Of a stretch of DNA of 64,000 nucleotides, positions 24,937 through 36,959 are shown piece after piece. The notes below the pieces were generated by a model. It was not told where the DNA came from. It saw only the letters and a list, made by a program, of their open reading frames with translations, and made no database searches. Numbering within the stretch: position 1 is the first letter of the stretch; each line of letters begins with the position of its first letter. Source of the stretch: Takakia lepidozioides. Its lineage: Eukaryota; Plantae; Bryophyta. The position numbers and the translations under genes were made by a program. The stretch is from positions 32,426,001 to 32,490,000 of the forward strand of contig CM060731.1 in NCBI GenBank assembly GCA_030704615.1, given 5' to 3'.

Positions 24937-26447
24937 GTTTAAAACAGCCACTGAATTTGGAGACTCTCCACCCTGATCCTGTTCCTCTCTGCTTGAAAGT
25001 CTACGCGAAACCAGGTTTTCACTCCAGATGAAGGTATCGTCAACGATGCCTTAATACCACTCATATTTTTGGTTTCGGACGTCCCCTCACTGGGCAGACT
25101 ATCCACCCCTAATCTTGTTCATCTCTGCTTCAAAGTATGTCTCAACGTAGATTTGACAGGCCAGATTAAGGCATCGTCCTCCATATTTCAGTACAAAATA
25201 GCCACTGAATGTGGATACTGTCCACCCCTGATCCTGTTCCTCTCTGCATCAAAGTATTCTCCCGAGGTTTGCTCCCAAATCAAACAAGCCCAGATGCTGG
25301 CAGGGCATGGGAGGAAGAGTAGGAAACATGTATCTTCATACCAGGTAACTGGATCCAGTCCGCCGCAGTTCCAGTGGAAATAAGGAGGCAGATTAAGGCA
25401 TCGCTGATGACACCTTAATGACGTCTGTACACTTTTGAGGCATACTTTGAAGCAGATATAGGATTAGTGGTGGATAGTCTGCACTCTGAGGGATGTCTGA
25501 AACATAAATGAAGATGCGAATTAAGGCATTGTTGACGATACCTTAATATGGAGTGTAAAATCTAATTTTGGGGATACTTTGAAGCATAGAGGAAGAGGAT
25601 CGGTGGTGGAGAGTATGCACATTGAATGACTGTTTTAAACAGAAATAAGAAGGGAGATTAAGGCATTGTCAACGACACCTTAATCTGGCCTGTGAAATAC
25701 ACTTTTGAGGCATGCTTTGAAGCAGATATGAACATGATTATTGGTGGATAGTCTGCACTCAAAGGGGATGTCTGAAACATACATTAATAGGCGAATTAAG
25801 GCATCGTTGACGATACCTTAATATGGAGTGTAAAATCTGTTTTTGGGGATACTTTGAAGCAGAGAGGAACACGATCAGGGGTGGAGATTATGCTCATTGA
25901 AGGGCTGTTTTAAACAGAAATAAGGAGGCAAATTAAGGCATCGTTGACGACACCTTAATCTGGTTTGTCAAATACACTTTTGAGGTATACTTTGAAGCAG
26001 ATATGAACAGGATTAGTGATGTATAGTCTGCACTCAAAGGGGATGTCTGAAACATACATTAATAGGCGAATTAAGGCATCGTTGACGATACCTTAATATG
26101 GAGTGTATAATCTGATTTTGGGGATACTCTGAAGCATAGAGGAAGAGGATTGGGTGTGGAGAGTATGCACATTGAATGAGTGTTTTAAACAAAAATAAGG
26201 AGGCAGATTAAGGCATCGTTGACGACACCTTATTCTGTCCTATCAAATACACATTGATGCTTACTTTGAATCGGAGAGGAACAGTGTAACGGGTCCAGAG
26301 TGTGACGACAGACGACAGCTTGATCTATGATATTATTTCAAATGTGGTGGATACTTTGAAGCAAATGAAGAGTATTTTTCAATAGGTGGGTGTATTTAGA
26401 AGCAGGGAGAAAGAGTCATAATAAGGCATCGCTGACGACACCTTAAT
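24936..26447. repeat. Array of about 137-bp units, each carrying a 28-bp near-perfect palindrome
   Basis: ATTAAGGCATCGTTGACGATACCTTAAT-type cores at 25031, 25166 (half), 25393, 25521, 25658, 25796, 25933, 26071, 26208 and 26421; alternating A/B units give a roughly 275-bp higher-order repeat; the first units are inverted. Confidence 0.9.
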
Positions 26448-26559
26448 AGTGGTCTGAATCTGTTGTGGGAAAACACAAATGAATGCAGAAAAAATAAAAA
26501 AATAAAAAATAAAAAAAAGGTGGGGAAAGCCAGCCTGCACAAGAGACATCTGTTCCTGA

Positions 26560-29140
26560 TACTCAAGAGGAAGACCCATCTGACAATTACGAAGATAAAG
26601 TGCATTCACTGATGTACACCTCCAAGATAAACTCCAGCATGGTCATAAATTCCATGGAAGTTCGGGACGACATTCTTATGATTCCCCTAGGCAGGATGAT
26701 TTCCATCTTGCCGTTCGTCCAACCCTGCATCATGATATCAAGAAGCTACAGGGTGATTTCATCCACGGGTACTTGAAGGGCTCCGCAGTTTTTTACGTTT
26801 CAGTGACAGGCATCCAGGGATCAGAGAAAATGGTTGACGAAGAGATTATGGCCGGTTGGGACCTGCTTTGGAATGAGGTGAATTCGGAGTTTGAGGCAGA
26901 GCTTTCCCATAACCCATCTCACATGCAGTACATGGGGAGAGATGTTCTTCGTATGGGATGGTAATCACCGTTTGGTTGCCTGGATGGAATATATCACGAG
27001 AATGTATGCCGACAACAAAAACTGGCACCACCGAGTTCTGCCAATGGTTTTGGATCCACAAGGCAAAATAACACAACTTCTGACTGCCATGCACAATGTC
27101 AACAAGTAAGTCTTGTTGGTTTCCTCTCTGTGAATTACATGTCTGTCCCTCGCTTCAAGACTATTGTACTCATATGCTTTGAATGCAGGGGCACGGAGAC
27201 ATCACACGTCACCACGAACATAATGCATACACTGTTTCAGATGCAAAGTATAGGAGTCATGCTGTTGGAAACATTCTCCAGCGTCTTGTCTGCGGAGACA
27301 CTGAAGAAATGCCAAACAATCAAGAAGTCTGAAACTTGGTACTTTGACGAGGGAAGCTTTCCTTGGGTACTTGTACGCGGTAAGACTAGTTCCTTGTTAG
27401 ACTTGTGTTTTCTTTCATTTTTGGATTGAAGTTGTCCTTACATGGCCTGAGATGTAATAATTGGCCACCGTTCATGTGTCACAGCAAGAAATTGCGGATG
27501 CTAGAGAGCGAGCCAAGCTGGAGTATTATGCCACTACTTCGGAGGAAGAGAGAACAGCAAACATGGTGGAGAGCAAAATGAAAGATGAGATGGATACGGC
27601 GAGGAAAAACCTCAAGAGTGCGTTTGACAAGCACATACAAATTGCTGACCTTGGGCTGGGAAAGAGGTTTCTGGAGCAGATTCGGATACACTGGAATAAG
27701 CCTACCAAGCCTGAGATGACACAGGAAAAGATCCACCGTCTGTCGATTTCTATGGTTGAGCCGGCTCAAAAAGTGAGGTGGCTCAAAATCTGGAACTCGG
27801 ATCCAATCATCCGAGACACAAACAATTTCCCAAAACCGCATAGGGACCCTGAGACAGGAGTGGTGACACCTGTGAGCGACCATGCATTTGAGACATGGTT
27901 GCATAAAGCCACCTTCTGGAGTCAGGTAAGAATTTCCAAACATTCTACATTGTTCATAATGAACATCAGTTATGGAGTCCTGCCTCTTAGTGCCTGGATT
28001 AAGATGTCGTTGACGACACCTTAATCCTCAGAGTGAAATGCAGCCATTTATAGCAGTTCAATGGCCATTTCTGTTGCATTCAAGGAAATGCTCTAAGCGG
28101 GATGGTCTTCTTGTCTGCAGGTACTTTCGCTTTGTTCTTATTCTGGAGAAGACACTGAGTGAGGATCCAGACTTCATTCGTGGATGGGCGAACCCAAACG
28201 ATGAAACCACAATGTACACTGCTGGCATTGTGAAGGACTGGGGTCGGGCACATTACCATGACTGTGCTGGGTACGTGGACTGCCCCAGAGCTTCGACTCC
28301 CTGGGAGGAGAATGTCATGAGGAATCAGAACGAAAACGCAGATTCACTGGCCCCCCCAGACAGATGAGGAGTTGCAGCAAAGAGCCTTGGCGCAACCGGC
28401 CACCCCTGCTGACGGCAAGAAGAAAAAGAAGGGGAAATAGACAGTGGAGGCTTTTGTGACTGCTGAGGCTGCTGGGGAAGCAGTGGCAGACCCTTCTGAG
28501 ACTGCTGGGCCACTTGGGGGTTCTGTTGATTTGACTGTGCAACCTGCCCAGAAACAGCAGACACAGGTTGCCAACACATCCACTGCGGTAGATCAGCACA
28601 GTACACACATAGCAAAGAAACGCCCTTACAAAGCACGGCTCTGTGTGTCTAGGGTGGTGGGCCTGCACTTCCAGCGTAAAACGGCCAACGTGAGCTTCCT
28701 CCATATGATGGAGTCAAGAAAGTCCACTTTCGTGGGGGTCAAGTCACCTACATGGGACCATCTATGCTCTTTCCTCACCCTGGTGAGCCCACCGCATCTA
28801 TCATACTCTGGTCATTTTGTTGCATTGTTGGGGGTGCGTAGGTGGTGCATTAAGGTGTCGTCCACGACATCTTAATATGGGAGGTACAACGGATCACTGG
28901 TTCGTGTGTCTCGACTGCAATTTGTCTATCTCATTCGATTGTCTGTCCTCATTTCAGGTGACCAGGACGCCATGTTGGGCGAATGGAGTGCAGCAGCCCT
29001 ACGCGACAGATCTTGTCATCCTTGACATCCCAGATGGGCTTCATGTGCCTGATATCATTCCCACAGATGTGACTCAAGCCTGGAATGCTCATAATCCATT
29101 TTACTGGCAGTGGGCCTTCTCTTTCAGCAACAAGCACTAG
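26560..29140 (+). pseudogene. Intron-containing gene for a ParB/Sulfiredoxin-like domain protein with a C-terminal amino-methyltransferase-like motif; frameshifted and 3'-truncated
   Basis: Reconstructed across frameshifts: IPLGRMI..VRPTLHHDIKKLQGDFIHGY..AVFYV...MFFVWDGNHRLVAW (about 26680-26985); GT-AG introns after 27105, about 27379 and 27925; helical middle region; last exon (about 28959-29140) ATDLVILDIPDG...AWN...WAFSFSNKH. Confidence 0.6.
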
Positions 29141-29997
29141 ACGAAAAACGTGGAATAACCACTCTGTTAACCACTCATTTTGAGTGGTAAAAAAACACTA
29201 AATCACTCTGGCCCCAGAGTGACGAAGAACCAGTGGATTAGGACAAGTGAGTGGTAAAAGACATTACGTGGCATCAGTGGTTAAGGACAGTGGTTTGAAC
29301 CACTCACGTCCGGGTCCACCTGTTCGCTGACATGTCACAGTGGTAAATTAACCACTATGACGTATAAACTCATGAATGTGACGTGTCACTGAGATAAACC
29401 AACCACTTCTGACGTGTCACAGTGGTAAACTGACGTGTCATAGTGGTAAAGTAACCACTTCCGTTTTCAAGTGGACACGTGGAAGTCAGTGGTCCGTGGA
29501 TGATATTGGAGATTATGTTGACACGTGGCGACACTCTCAGCATTGACACGTGTCCTGTGTCGGTGCTACGAAATGGATGGAGTGAAAAATTCAATGACTT
29601 CCGAAACCACTTGTTGAGTGATCGTGAAATGACTCACAGAGTCATTCTATGAAAACTGAGAATATACAATATCACTCAAACCGTGGTTATGTGAGTGGAT
29701 GACGTCTCTCAGCAGGTCATTGGAATGATTACCCAAATAGTGGTGTCTCTCTGAGTGGGAACTATGGATTGGAATGATTACTAACAGAGTGGTGTATAAA
29801 TGATTAGGAATACCACTGGAGGAATTCATACCACTAATACAGTAATATATAGGTGATTTCTTATACCACTACAGGAGTGGTAATGGAGGCAATTGTGTGT
29901 ATTTGGCTACTCTTACAGTTTTAAATTATACCACTATTACAATGGCATGCAAGTGATTAGGAACATGACTAGAGGAACACATACCACTATTGTAGTG
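29135..29997. mobile_element. CACTA-like non-autonomous element
   Basis: Starts CACTAGACGAAAAA; dense ACCACT/AGTGGT subterminal repeats; possible right end ...TGTAGTG at 29997 (only CACTA matches; flanks AAG/AAA). Confidence 0.55.
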
Positions 29998-30229
29998 AAA
30001 GAAGTACCATTGGGGATTCAAGCTCCACAAAATAAAATAGAATCCCAGAGAGTAAGTGTTGGAACACTGTCAACAGAATCCAGCCATGATAAAAGTCTGA
30101 GCCTAACTTCTACACGGCGTCTCCGCATGCATGCTAGGAACACTGAATTGCTTTCCTGCCTTCTTCTCATTGCCAGCAATGTCTACGCCCGGACGAACAA
30201 AATTGTAAGCCCTCTTCATATTCTTCTCT

Positions 30230-31470
30230 AGCCAGGGCTGCCAGGCTCACATTTGATGTAGATGTACACCAGGGGAATGTTCAGAATGACATCTGGTACA
30301 ATTCCAGCTTTGATAATGTCACCATGAAGCTCTTTGCCCCTTCCCAGGGCTGCTAGGCTCCCATATGCATATTACAAACACAAATAAACATGACCTGGTC
30401 TTGCTCATCCCATCCCACATCATTTGCTCTTAGGTTTCCAAAGCCTTAATCCCATACCCATGATGCACATACCTTACAATCATGGCACTCCAAAACACCA
30501 CATCTCGTTCAGCCACCTCTCTTGATCATCTTTCAGAAGCTGTGGTCATGGTTGAGGTTCCTGATTTGATCAACTGTGCCGTTGCAGCTGCTACCTTTAG
30601 TTGACCATCTACCCATGCAACAGGTTTCTTGTAGCTATTGATCCACATGGAATCATAGGTAATCTGGAGCTTGAAGTCCGGCCCTCTTGGATGAATCTGG
30701 ACCCAGACTCTATCCCTGCTCCTTCAGCTATCCATGCCGCTCCACAAATCATGCATACATGCCTTGCTGCTAGCACCTGACAACGATAGCCTAGATTTGT
30801 TCTAGGAAACACCCAACTCAACTTATCACTATGGTCAATTGCATCTGCTACTCTCTATAATCCAACAGACATTCACCTTTTTGCCTCGATTGTCCCACCA
30901 TTGACTGGGGTTAGAAAAGTATTTATTCCACAGCTTCTCCCCGTCTCAGCTGTTACTTGTTTCTGGATACTTCCCTGTTGTCACATTCGCAGTACCATGT
31001 CAAAGTCACTCCAAACTATCAAAGGTTCACTCAACCAGCTAACTTGCAGAATTCAACATGAAAATTTAGGGCCAATTCTAATAAGAGGGAAAAACAGGGT
31101 GAAAATGTGTTGAAGAAGGTGCCTTCATTAGCAGTGCCTGATTTTATCAATTGTGTCGTTGCTGCTGCGGCTTCCAGTTGACCATCTACCCATGCAGGTT
31201 TCTTGCAGCTATTGATCCATAGGGAATTATAGGTAATCGTGAGCTTGAAGTCCCACCCTCTTGGATGAATCTGGACCGGCCAGACTCTACCCCTGCTCCC
31301 TCAGCCATCCAAGCTCTGCACAAATCATGCATACATCCTTCCCTTGCTACTAGCGGCTGACAATGACGGCCTACAATTGTTCCAGCAAACACCCAACCCT
31401 ACTTATCACCCATGCAGAATTCAACATGCATCTCAGGGCCAAGTCTGATGAGAGGGCAAAACAGGCTGAA
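30230..31470 (-). pseudogene. Inverted PPR gene fragments (two copies of the N-terminal leader plus PLS motifs)
   Basis: 30866-31195 is the reverse complement of about 17810-18135; leader AWIAEGAGIESGSRFIQEGRTSSSRLP occurs twice; PPR motifs at 30230-30510. Confidence 0.75.
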
Positions 31471-31824
31471 ACGTGCCCTCACCACATTGTCCTTCACCCA
31501 TGGAGGATTTGACCGACCATCAACCCAAAAGGACCTCTTGTGTGTGTTGTTTATTTGTAGTCAGGTAATGTCGGATTGGTCTGTGAGAACCACCACGGTG
31601 CAGCAGGCAGAGATTGAAACACGGTCTGCTAAGACCTGCAAACTGACTCTCCCAAGAACCTTGTAAACATTAGGAAAAATACCAAATCATGGTACTCACA
31701 GGAGTCAAGAGCCCACCTTTGCAGGATGGACGAACTTCTTCACGTCGTACATTAAGAAAAGCCACACCTGGTGATTGCGGTTGTCCCACCATCGTGAAGG
31801 ATCGGTATAAAACTCAGAAACGTT

Positions 31825-34010
31825 GTCTTGATATCGAATTAGGTCATCTCCATGTCCACTGTTGCTGCTATTGCAAGGATTGTACGTATGGAGTCATATT
31901 TGACCACAGGTGCGAAAGTTTCAGCATAGTCAATGCCTGCTTGCTGGGAGTAGCCTTTGGCGACCAGCTGTGCCTTGTATCGCTCAATCTCTCCATTCGA
32001 CTTTCTTTTCACCTTATAAATCCACTTGCACTTCACAGTCTTTCTTCCAAGAGGCAACTTACCCAATGTCAATGTCTTATTTTTAATCAAGGACTCAAAC
32101 TCCTCATTCATTGCAACATTCCACTCTAGTATTCTTTCTGCCTCGGAGTAGTTTCTTGGCTCTTCAAACAGTTCACCTGCTCTTGCACAATATGCATTTG
32201 ACCCTCCAACGCTTCCACTTCCTGGCTTCCACCATTCACCATATCTGTTCGGTGGTTTCTTTTCTCTTTGTGAGCGCGCACGAAGTGTCGACTTCAATGT
32301 ATTTGCTTGAATCCCTTTTGTGTTCACTTCTTCTTCAGACAATTCAGGGGTTATTACAATGTCTGAAGCTGGTCTGATTATCTCTTCGATGACTTCTTGT
32401 TCGTGATTCTGAACCCTCTCATCCCTCCTGCCTCCGGGATCTAAGGGTAGCTGCAAATCTTCTCTATTAAGATTAGGCAACACTGCTCCATCTCTTGTGG
32501 TTGTTAGGGTTTCATTTATCGTGCGCATACACCTCGCTACACAACTACACCGCTGTCCAAACCACACAACATATACATACACACAAATCAGTTTGCCACA
32601 ATGATTAATAAAAACTAGCCACCATCACTCATGCATTACGAGTCAAGCCAAGCACACCCCAAAAACTATGGGGAATCTGCACTACGCGCGTCATAGCCGA
32701 CGCGGGAGGTTCAACTCAAGAGAGATGAGCCTCACCGCGCGTTCGCCGTGAAGATAAGCCACGCCCAGGGGCCAACAAATATCTTGATCCCTGGGTTGAC
32801 ACTTGGATCAAGCCCAAGTGTCATATATAAAAACTAGTTATTTATTGGCTAGTTTCACACTACTAGTAAACTTTACTTGACAGAGTACATGAACTGCAGT
32901 ATGAGTTGCCTCTGCCCAAAGTTCAAGCGCTATTCCTTGTGCATGAAGCATGCTTCTCGCGCTCTCCACTATGGTTCTATTATCTCTCTCTGCAACTCCA
33001 TTTTGTTCAGGTGAGTATGGGGCAGTGGTTTCGTGTTTGATTCCTACATGTTGGAGATACTCACTGAGCTCCTTACTCTTGTATTCTCCCCCTCTATCTG
33101 ACCGTAATTTCTTGATCCTTCTCCTTGTGTCATTCACAACCATCTTCTCTAATTTCTGGAAACAGGAGAACACTTCAGATTTGTTCTTCACAAAGAACAC
33201 AAACCTGTAGCCGCTATGGTCATCCTTAAAGAGGACAAAATATCTGGAACCTCGCACTGAATCTATGCTCATGGGGCCGCATACATCTGAATGGAAGAAC
33301 TCTCCAGGTTTCGTTGCCTTTTCTCGATCTTGGTTAGCATGGAAAAGTAATTGGTATTGTTTCCCGTACACACAACCTTCACAAAAAACATCATCTCCTT
33401 GATCACTCAACTTTGCTTATGTGGCTTGCAATATCGTCATCTGCCTGCATCTTGTACTCAAAGAATTTTTGCTGTAAAACATATTTATTCTCAGATGCAT
33501 TTTGTTCATGGATTGTGATCAACCGTGACCACATCTGATGGGATGTGTTGCAATTAATCAACCTTTGCAAATGCTTTTCATCAACAGCATCACATATGAA
33601 CATTTTAGCAGTGTTATTATCTCTGTCCCATTGCTTCAAAGCCTCTTCTCCAACTACACTTGATCGCTCTATCGAACTATCTACAGCTCCATAGATTTCT
33701 TTGGCCTCAAACACAATTTTCATTTGGAACTTCCATAGCTAGAAATTCTCCCCAATGAACCTACTAATGTGAGCCATGTCCTTGAGATCTTCTCCCCCTT
33801 TCATGTCGTAATACTAACTTTTCAATTGTGAAGATGAGGTATAGTGTGTGGTGGGCCCATAAGCTGTTGAGTTTTGCTAATCAGTCTGCTTCCACTAGCT
33901 CTTAGATCACATACTAACCACAATCATGCAATGAAGTACACACAAGAAATGAATAACAAATGAATAAGCTTGAATTGTATTGAGCCAAAAGTATAATCTG
34001 CTTTACTCTG
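31825..34010 (-). mobile_element. Ty1/copia LTR retrotransposon, internally deleted and interrupted
   Basis: Gag/UBN2 (33403-33804), integrase (CEGCVYGKQ, HSDVCGP, LRSDRGGEY, PEQNGVAERDNRTIVESARSML; 32838-33410), RT start (CKWIYKVK, RYKAQLVAKGYSQQAGIDYAETFAPV; 31850-32150); PBS-like TTATGGGCCCA next to the LTR end at 33865. Confidence 0.9.
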
Positions 34011-34545
34011 CACACTCAGCTAACTCCATGAAGCTACACTGTATGAGAGTCACCTATTGTCGCTATGGTTCAGTGATCGATAAGCGAAGCAGCGGTAGTC
34101 ATCACCCTATATCTATTTTGAACTACTCAAAAGTGAAATAGCAAGAAATCTATTGTCAAGAAACAAGAAGGCCGTTATAGTCCAGGTGTGCGCTCAAATG
34201 TCTCATCCTCGTAACATCGGAATGTATCAGCTGACCAAGATCACGATCAAGAACTAATTAGCACGTGACCATGTGAGATGCACATTTTCTTTAAAAATCC
34301 CCTTCTTGTCCGACCATAACTCTGCATCAATCTGCCTTGTAATATACATATATGCATCTTGAACTGATCAAGAGTACTCCTTCTGTGAGGCTGTCTTGGA
34401 TTTTCTCATGGCAATCAACCCCTTGTCGTTTAACTTAAACTGTGCTAGTGCTAGTTCACGTGCTAGTGCGCACCTGGCGTGTGCGCATACTATAACTGAG
34501 CTACCGAGGGGGTTGCCTTGTAGTGCGGGCTAACGCGGAAGTTAC

Positions 34546-35869
34546 GTGCTTCCGTTCACGTATTATAATCGTGTAACCTCGGGACGAAGTCGTAGTGCGG
34601 CTTCGGCGTGTTCCCATACCTCAGGCCAGCATTCCAAGGCGGACCCAATTGTAGTGATTGGGGCGCGCAGTTGGTTCAAGGTTATCTTCCTAGTCAAAAA
34701 AGGGGTTCAAGGTAAACCCTTGCTCAAGGTGATGCCAAAAACGGCATCAAGAGCGGTCGCAAGCAATGTTGTTGCAGTAAGGCGATTCGATCCTCGGGGA
34801 GGATTGTTCCTTGGCCTTGAAGTGGGCCAAGAAGAGTGCACTGGGTGGAGCTTGAGAGGCTCCATCCTTGGCCGGGACTTGGAGGAAGTCGGCTGAACTA
34901 GCTAGTGGAGAGTAGAGTCAAATGGGGGTTTGGTTCTTTGCCATGGGACGCCATGGTATGGAAACAAACTCCTTGATATTGGACGCCACAACTTGGATGT
35001 TAGTTTCTACAAAATGGACAAGTCGATGAGGACATCGACTCCCCGTTGGTAGGGGGGTGTGTCGCGGCCCTTTGCCTTGAGGGCGGGGGGTCGGGACACA
35101 AGAGGGGCTGCCCCTGTGGTAGGGGCAGTGGCAACAATAGGTACGGGGGCTGAAGCACCCTTGAGTGCCCAAGGCACTCAAGGAGGCGGAGGTGCTCACT
35201 AGATGGAGCCCCGCACACCGGGTTGCGGTGGGGGTGGTTCCACGAGGGGTGGTGGTAGCTTAGTGGGTCTTAGTAGGGGTGGCGTATGACTCACCATGGA
35301 TCGGAGACCTTGTGGTGGGAGTCGTGGGGAGTCTTGGGACTCATCACGGTCCATTGGGGCCGTGGTGGGTGGGCCAAGACTCACCGCGACTCATCACCGG
35401 GAGTCAAGGGTCTTCGTGGGTTATGGGCTACCATCTCCAAATTTTGCAGGTTTCATGGCGGATAGTGCTCAGACAAATTTCAATGGTGTTTGAATTGTCT
35501 TCGGAGCGGGCGACCCAAATGATTGGGTTGTTTGTGAAACCCCCGCGGACAGTCACAGAAGTATATATAGGGAGTAGTAACCCCGAGAACGGTGCAGGCC
35601 CGTTGGTGACCAAAAACTAGTGAGTAAGCGTGCGAGCCGAAAAGCGACCAAGGTGTGGGGAGCTGTTCCGGATTGCCGACAACCAAAGGGAATTTCCACT
35701 AGGCCCAAATCGAGCGAGGGTCTGGTGGAGGAGTAAAGGGGGACCGTTATGTCCCGGTGAGCAACCGAAGCTCCGAATTGGCCCGGCGGCCAGTTTGGGA
35801 GTTAGGCGTGCGCATCAAAGCGAGTAATTATGACGTGAAGGGGAGCTTACTGAAGTGAAGTGCGCGACA
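34546..35869. mobile_element. Nested LTR remnants (outer LTR ending at 35869; inner LTR about 34918-35557 on the minus strand)
   Basis: Inner segment begins TGTGACTGTCCGCGGGGGTTTCACAAACAAC on the minus strand and matches 60726-60985; outer end matches 13405-13571. Confidence 0.55.
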
Positions 35870-35870
35870 T

Positions 35871-36050
35871 TTACACTCCACTCAATTGATTTCTTAGGCA
35901 TACACTATCGGCTGGCACAATATTTACAGCCTTGTAGCAAATCATGATCTCATCAACCATCACCATCTTGTTCATATTCCACACTTTCTTGCATTTTGCA
36001 TTAATTTCATCATACACACAACGCACCTTGCTCACCTTAGGACCCAAAAA
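35871..36050 (-). mobile_element. piggyBac-type DDD transposase fragment
   Basis: KVRCVYDEINAKCKKVWNMNKMVMVDEIMICYK, then after a frameshift KYCASR*CMPKKSIEWSV, matching the piggyBac VDE.M..YKG....RQYMPKKP.KWG motif; truncated by the LTR at 35869. Confidence 0.7.
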
Positions 36051-36959
36051 AGATGTCACAAACTGTTTTCCAGCACATATGGCGCAATCGATCCAAATTT
36101 AGGATATCGAGTTCAGTATGAAACCACAGACACATTATTTCATTGGAAAGCCCTTGAAGTTCTCGTCTTGCCCATATAAATTGTTCTGTGATTTGACAAG
36201 TTTAAGGGGTCATAAATGAGTCTTGAATAACACAAGGTTCAAATGTCCCAAAATGTTGTAGTCCTTTACGACTCATTTTCACACCCATAACATGTGAAGG
36301 TCCTATCAGGGATTTTCATGTGCTTATGTAAAGTATGGAAAAATGCAAAAAGGACAATAGACCTGCAAAACCAGAAATACCCATTATCATAGGAATTTTC
36401 TACTACGCGGTATGCATAACTTAGGGGCACCAAACTTTGGTACTACTAAATCTCAAAAATTTGAACATAGTTCTTTCACCAAAAGTGTTTAGCTACCGAA
36501 AAGGAATAAGGCCATGTCCTTGAAATGGCTACAAGGTCCTCCAATTTTGAATTTGAGGCCAAAATGAGTTCTTACAAATCGTGTATCATTCATTGCAAAT
36601 TATTTTAAAATTAAAAATATATCAAATAAACTCCTAAAAATTATACAAGCATGTGCAACACTGAAGTAGGCATCAAACACACCAAACCCGGTTTGGATGC
36701 GATGAGGGGAAAGCAAATGGTGACAAACGGAAGTCGAGTTAGTATCGTAAATTCAATATTAGCGGTGTACGAGAAAAATTGGAGGTATACAAGAGGGTGT
36801 ACGAGCATCCAATGGATGGGGTCGAGGTGCCCACTATCATCTGTAAATTTTATCACGTTTTCATCGCAACATGTCATGTCCACGCGCCGCAGTGTAACGC
36901 GCCAGCAGTCAAAATTTAGTCATTTTCAGGAGTGTCAGTGGTACACATTAGCATGTTTT

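Noticed and set aside
25393-26447. CRISPR array (regularly spaced palindromic repeats)
   Set aside because: The spacers are about 110 bp, homologous to each other in an A/B pattern, the context is eukaryotic and there are no cas genes.
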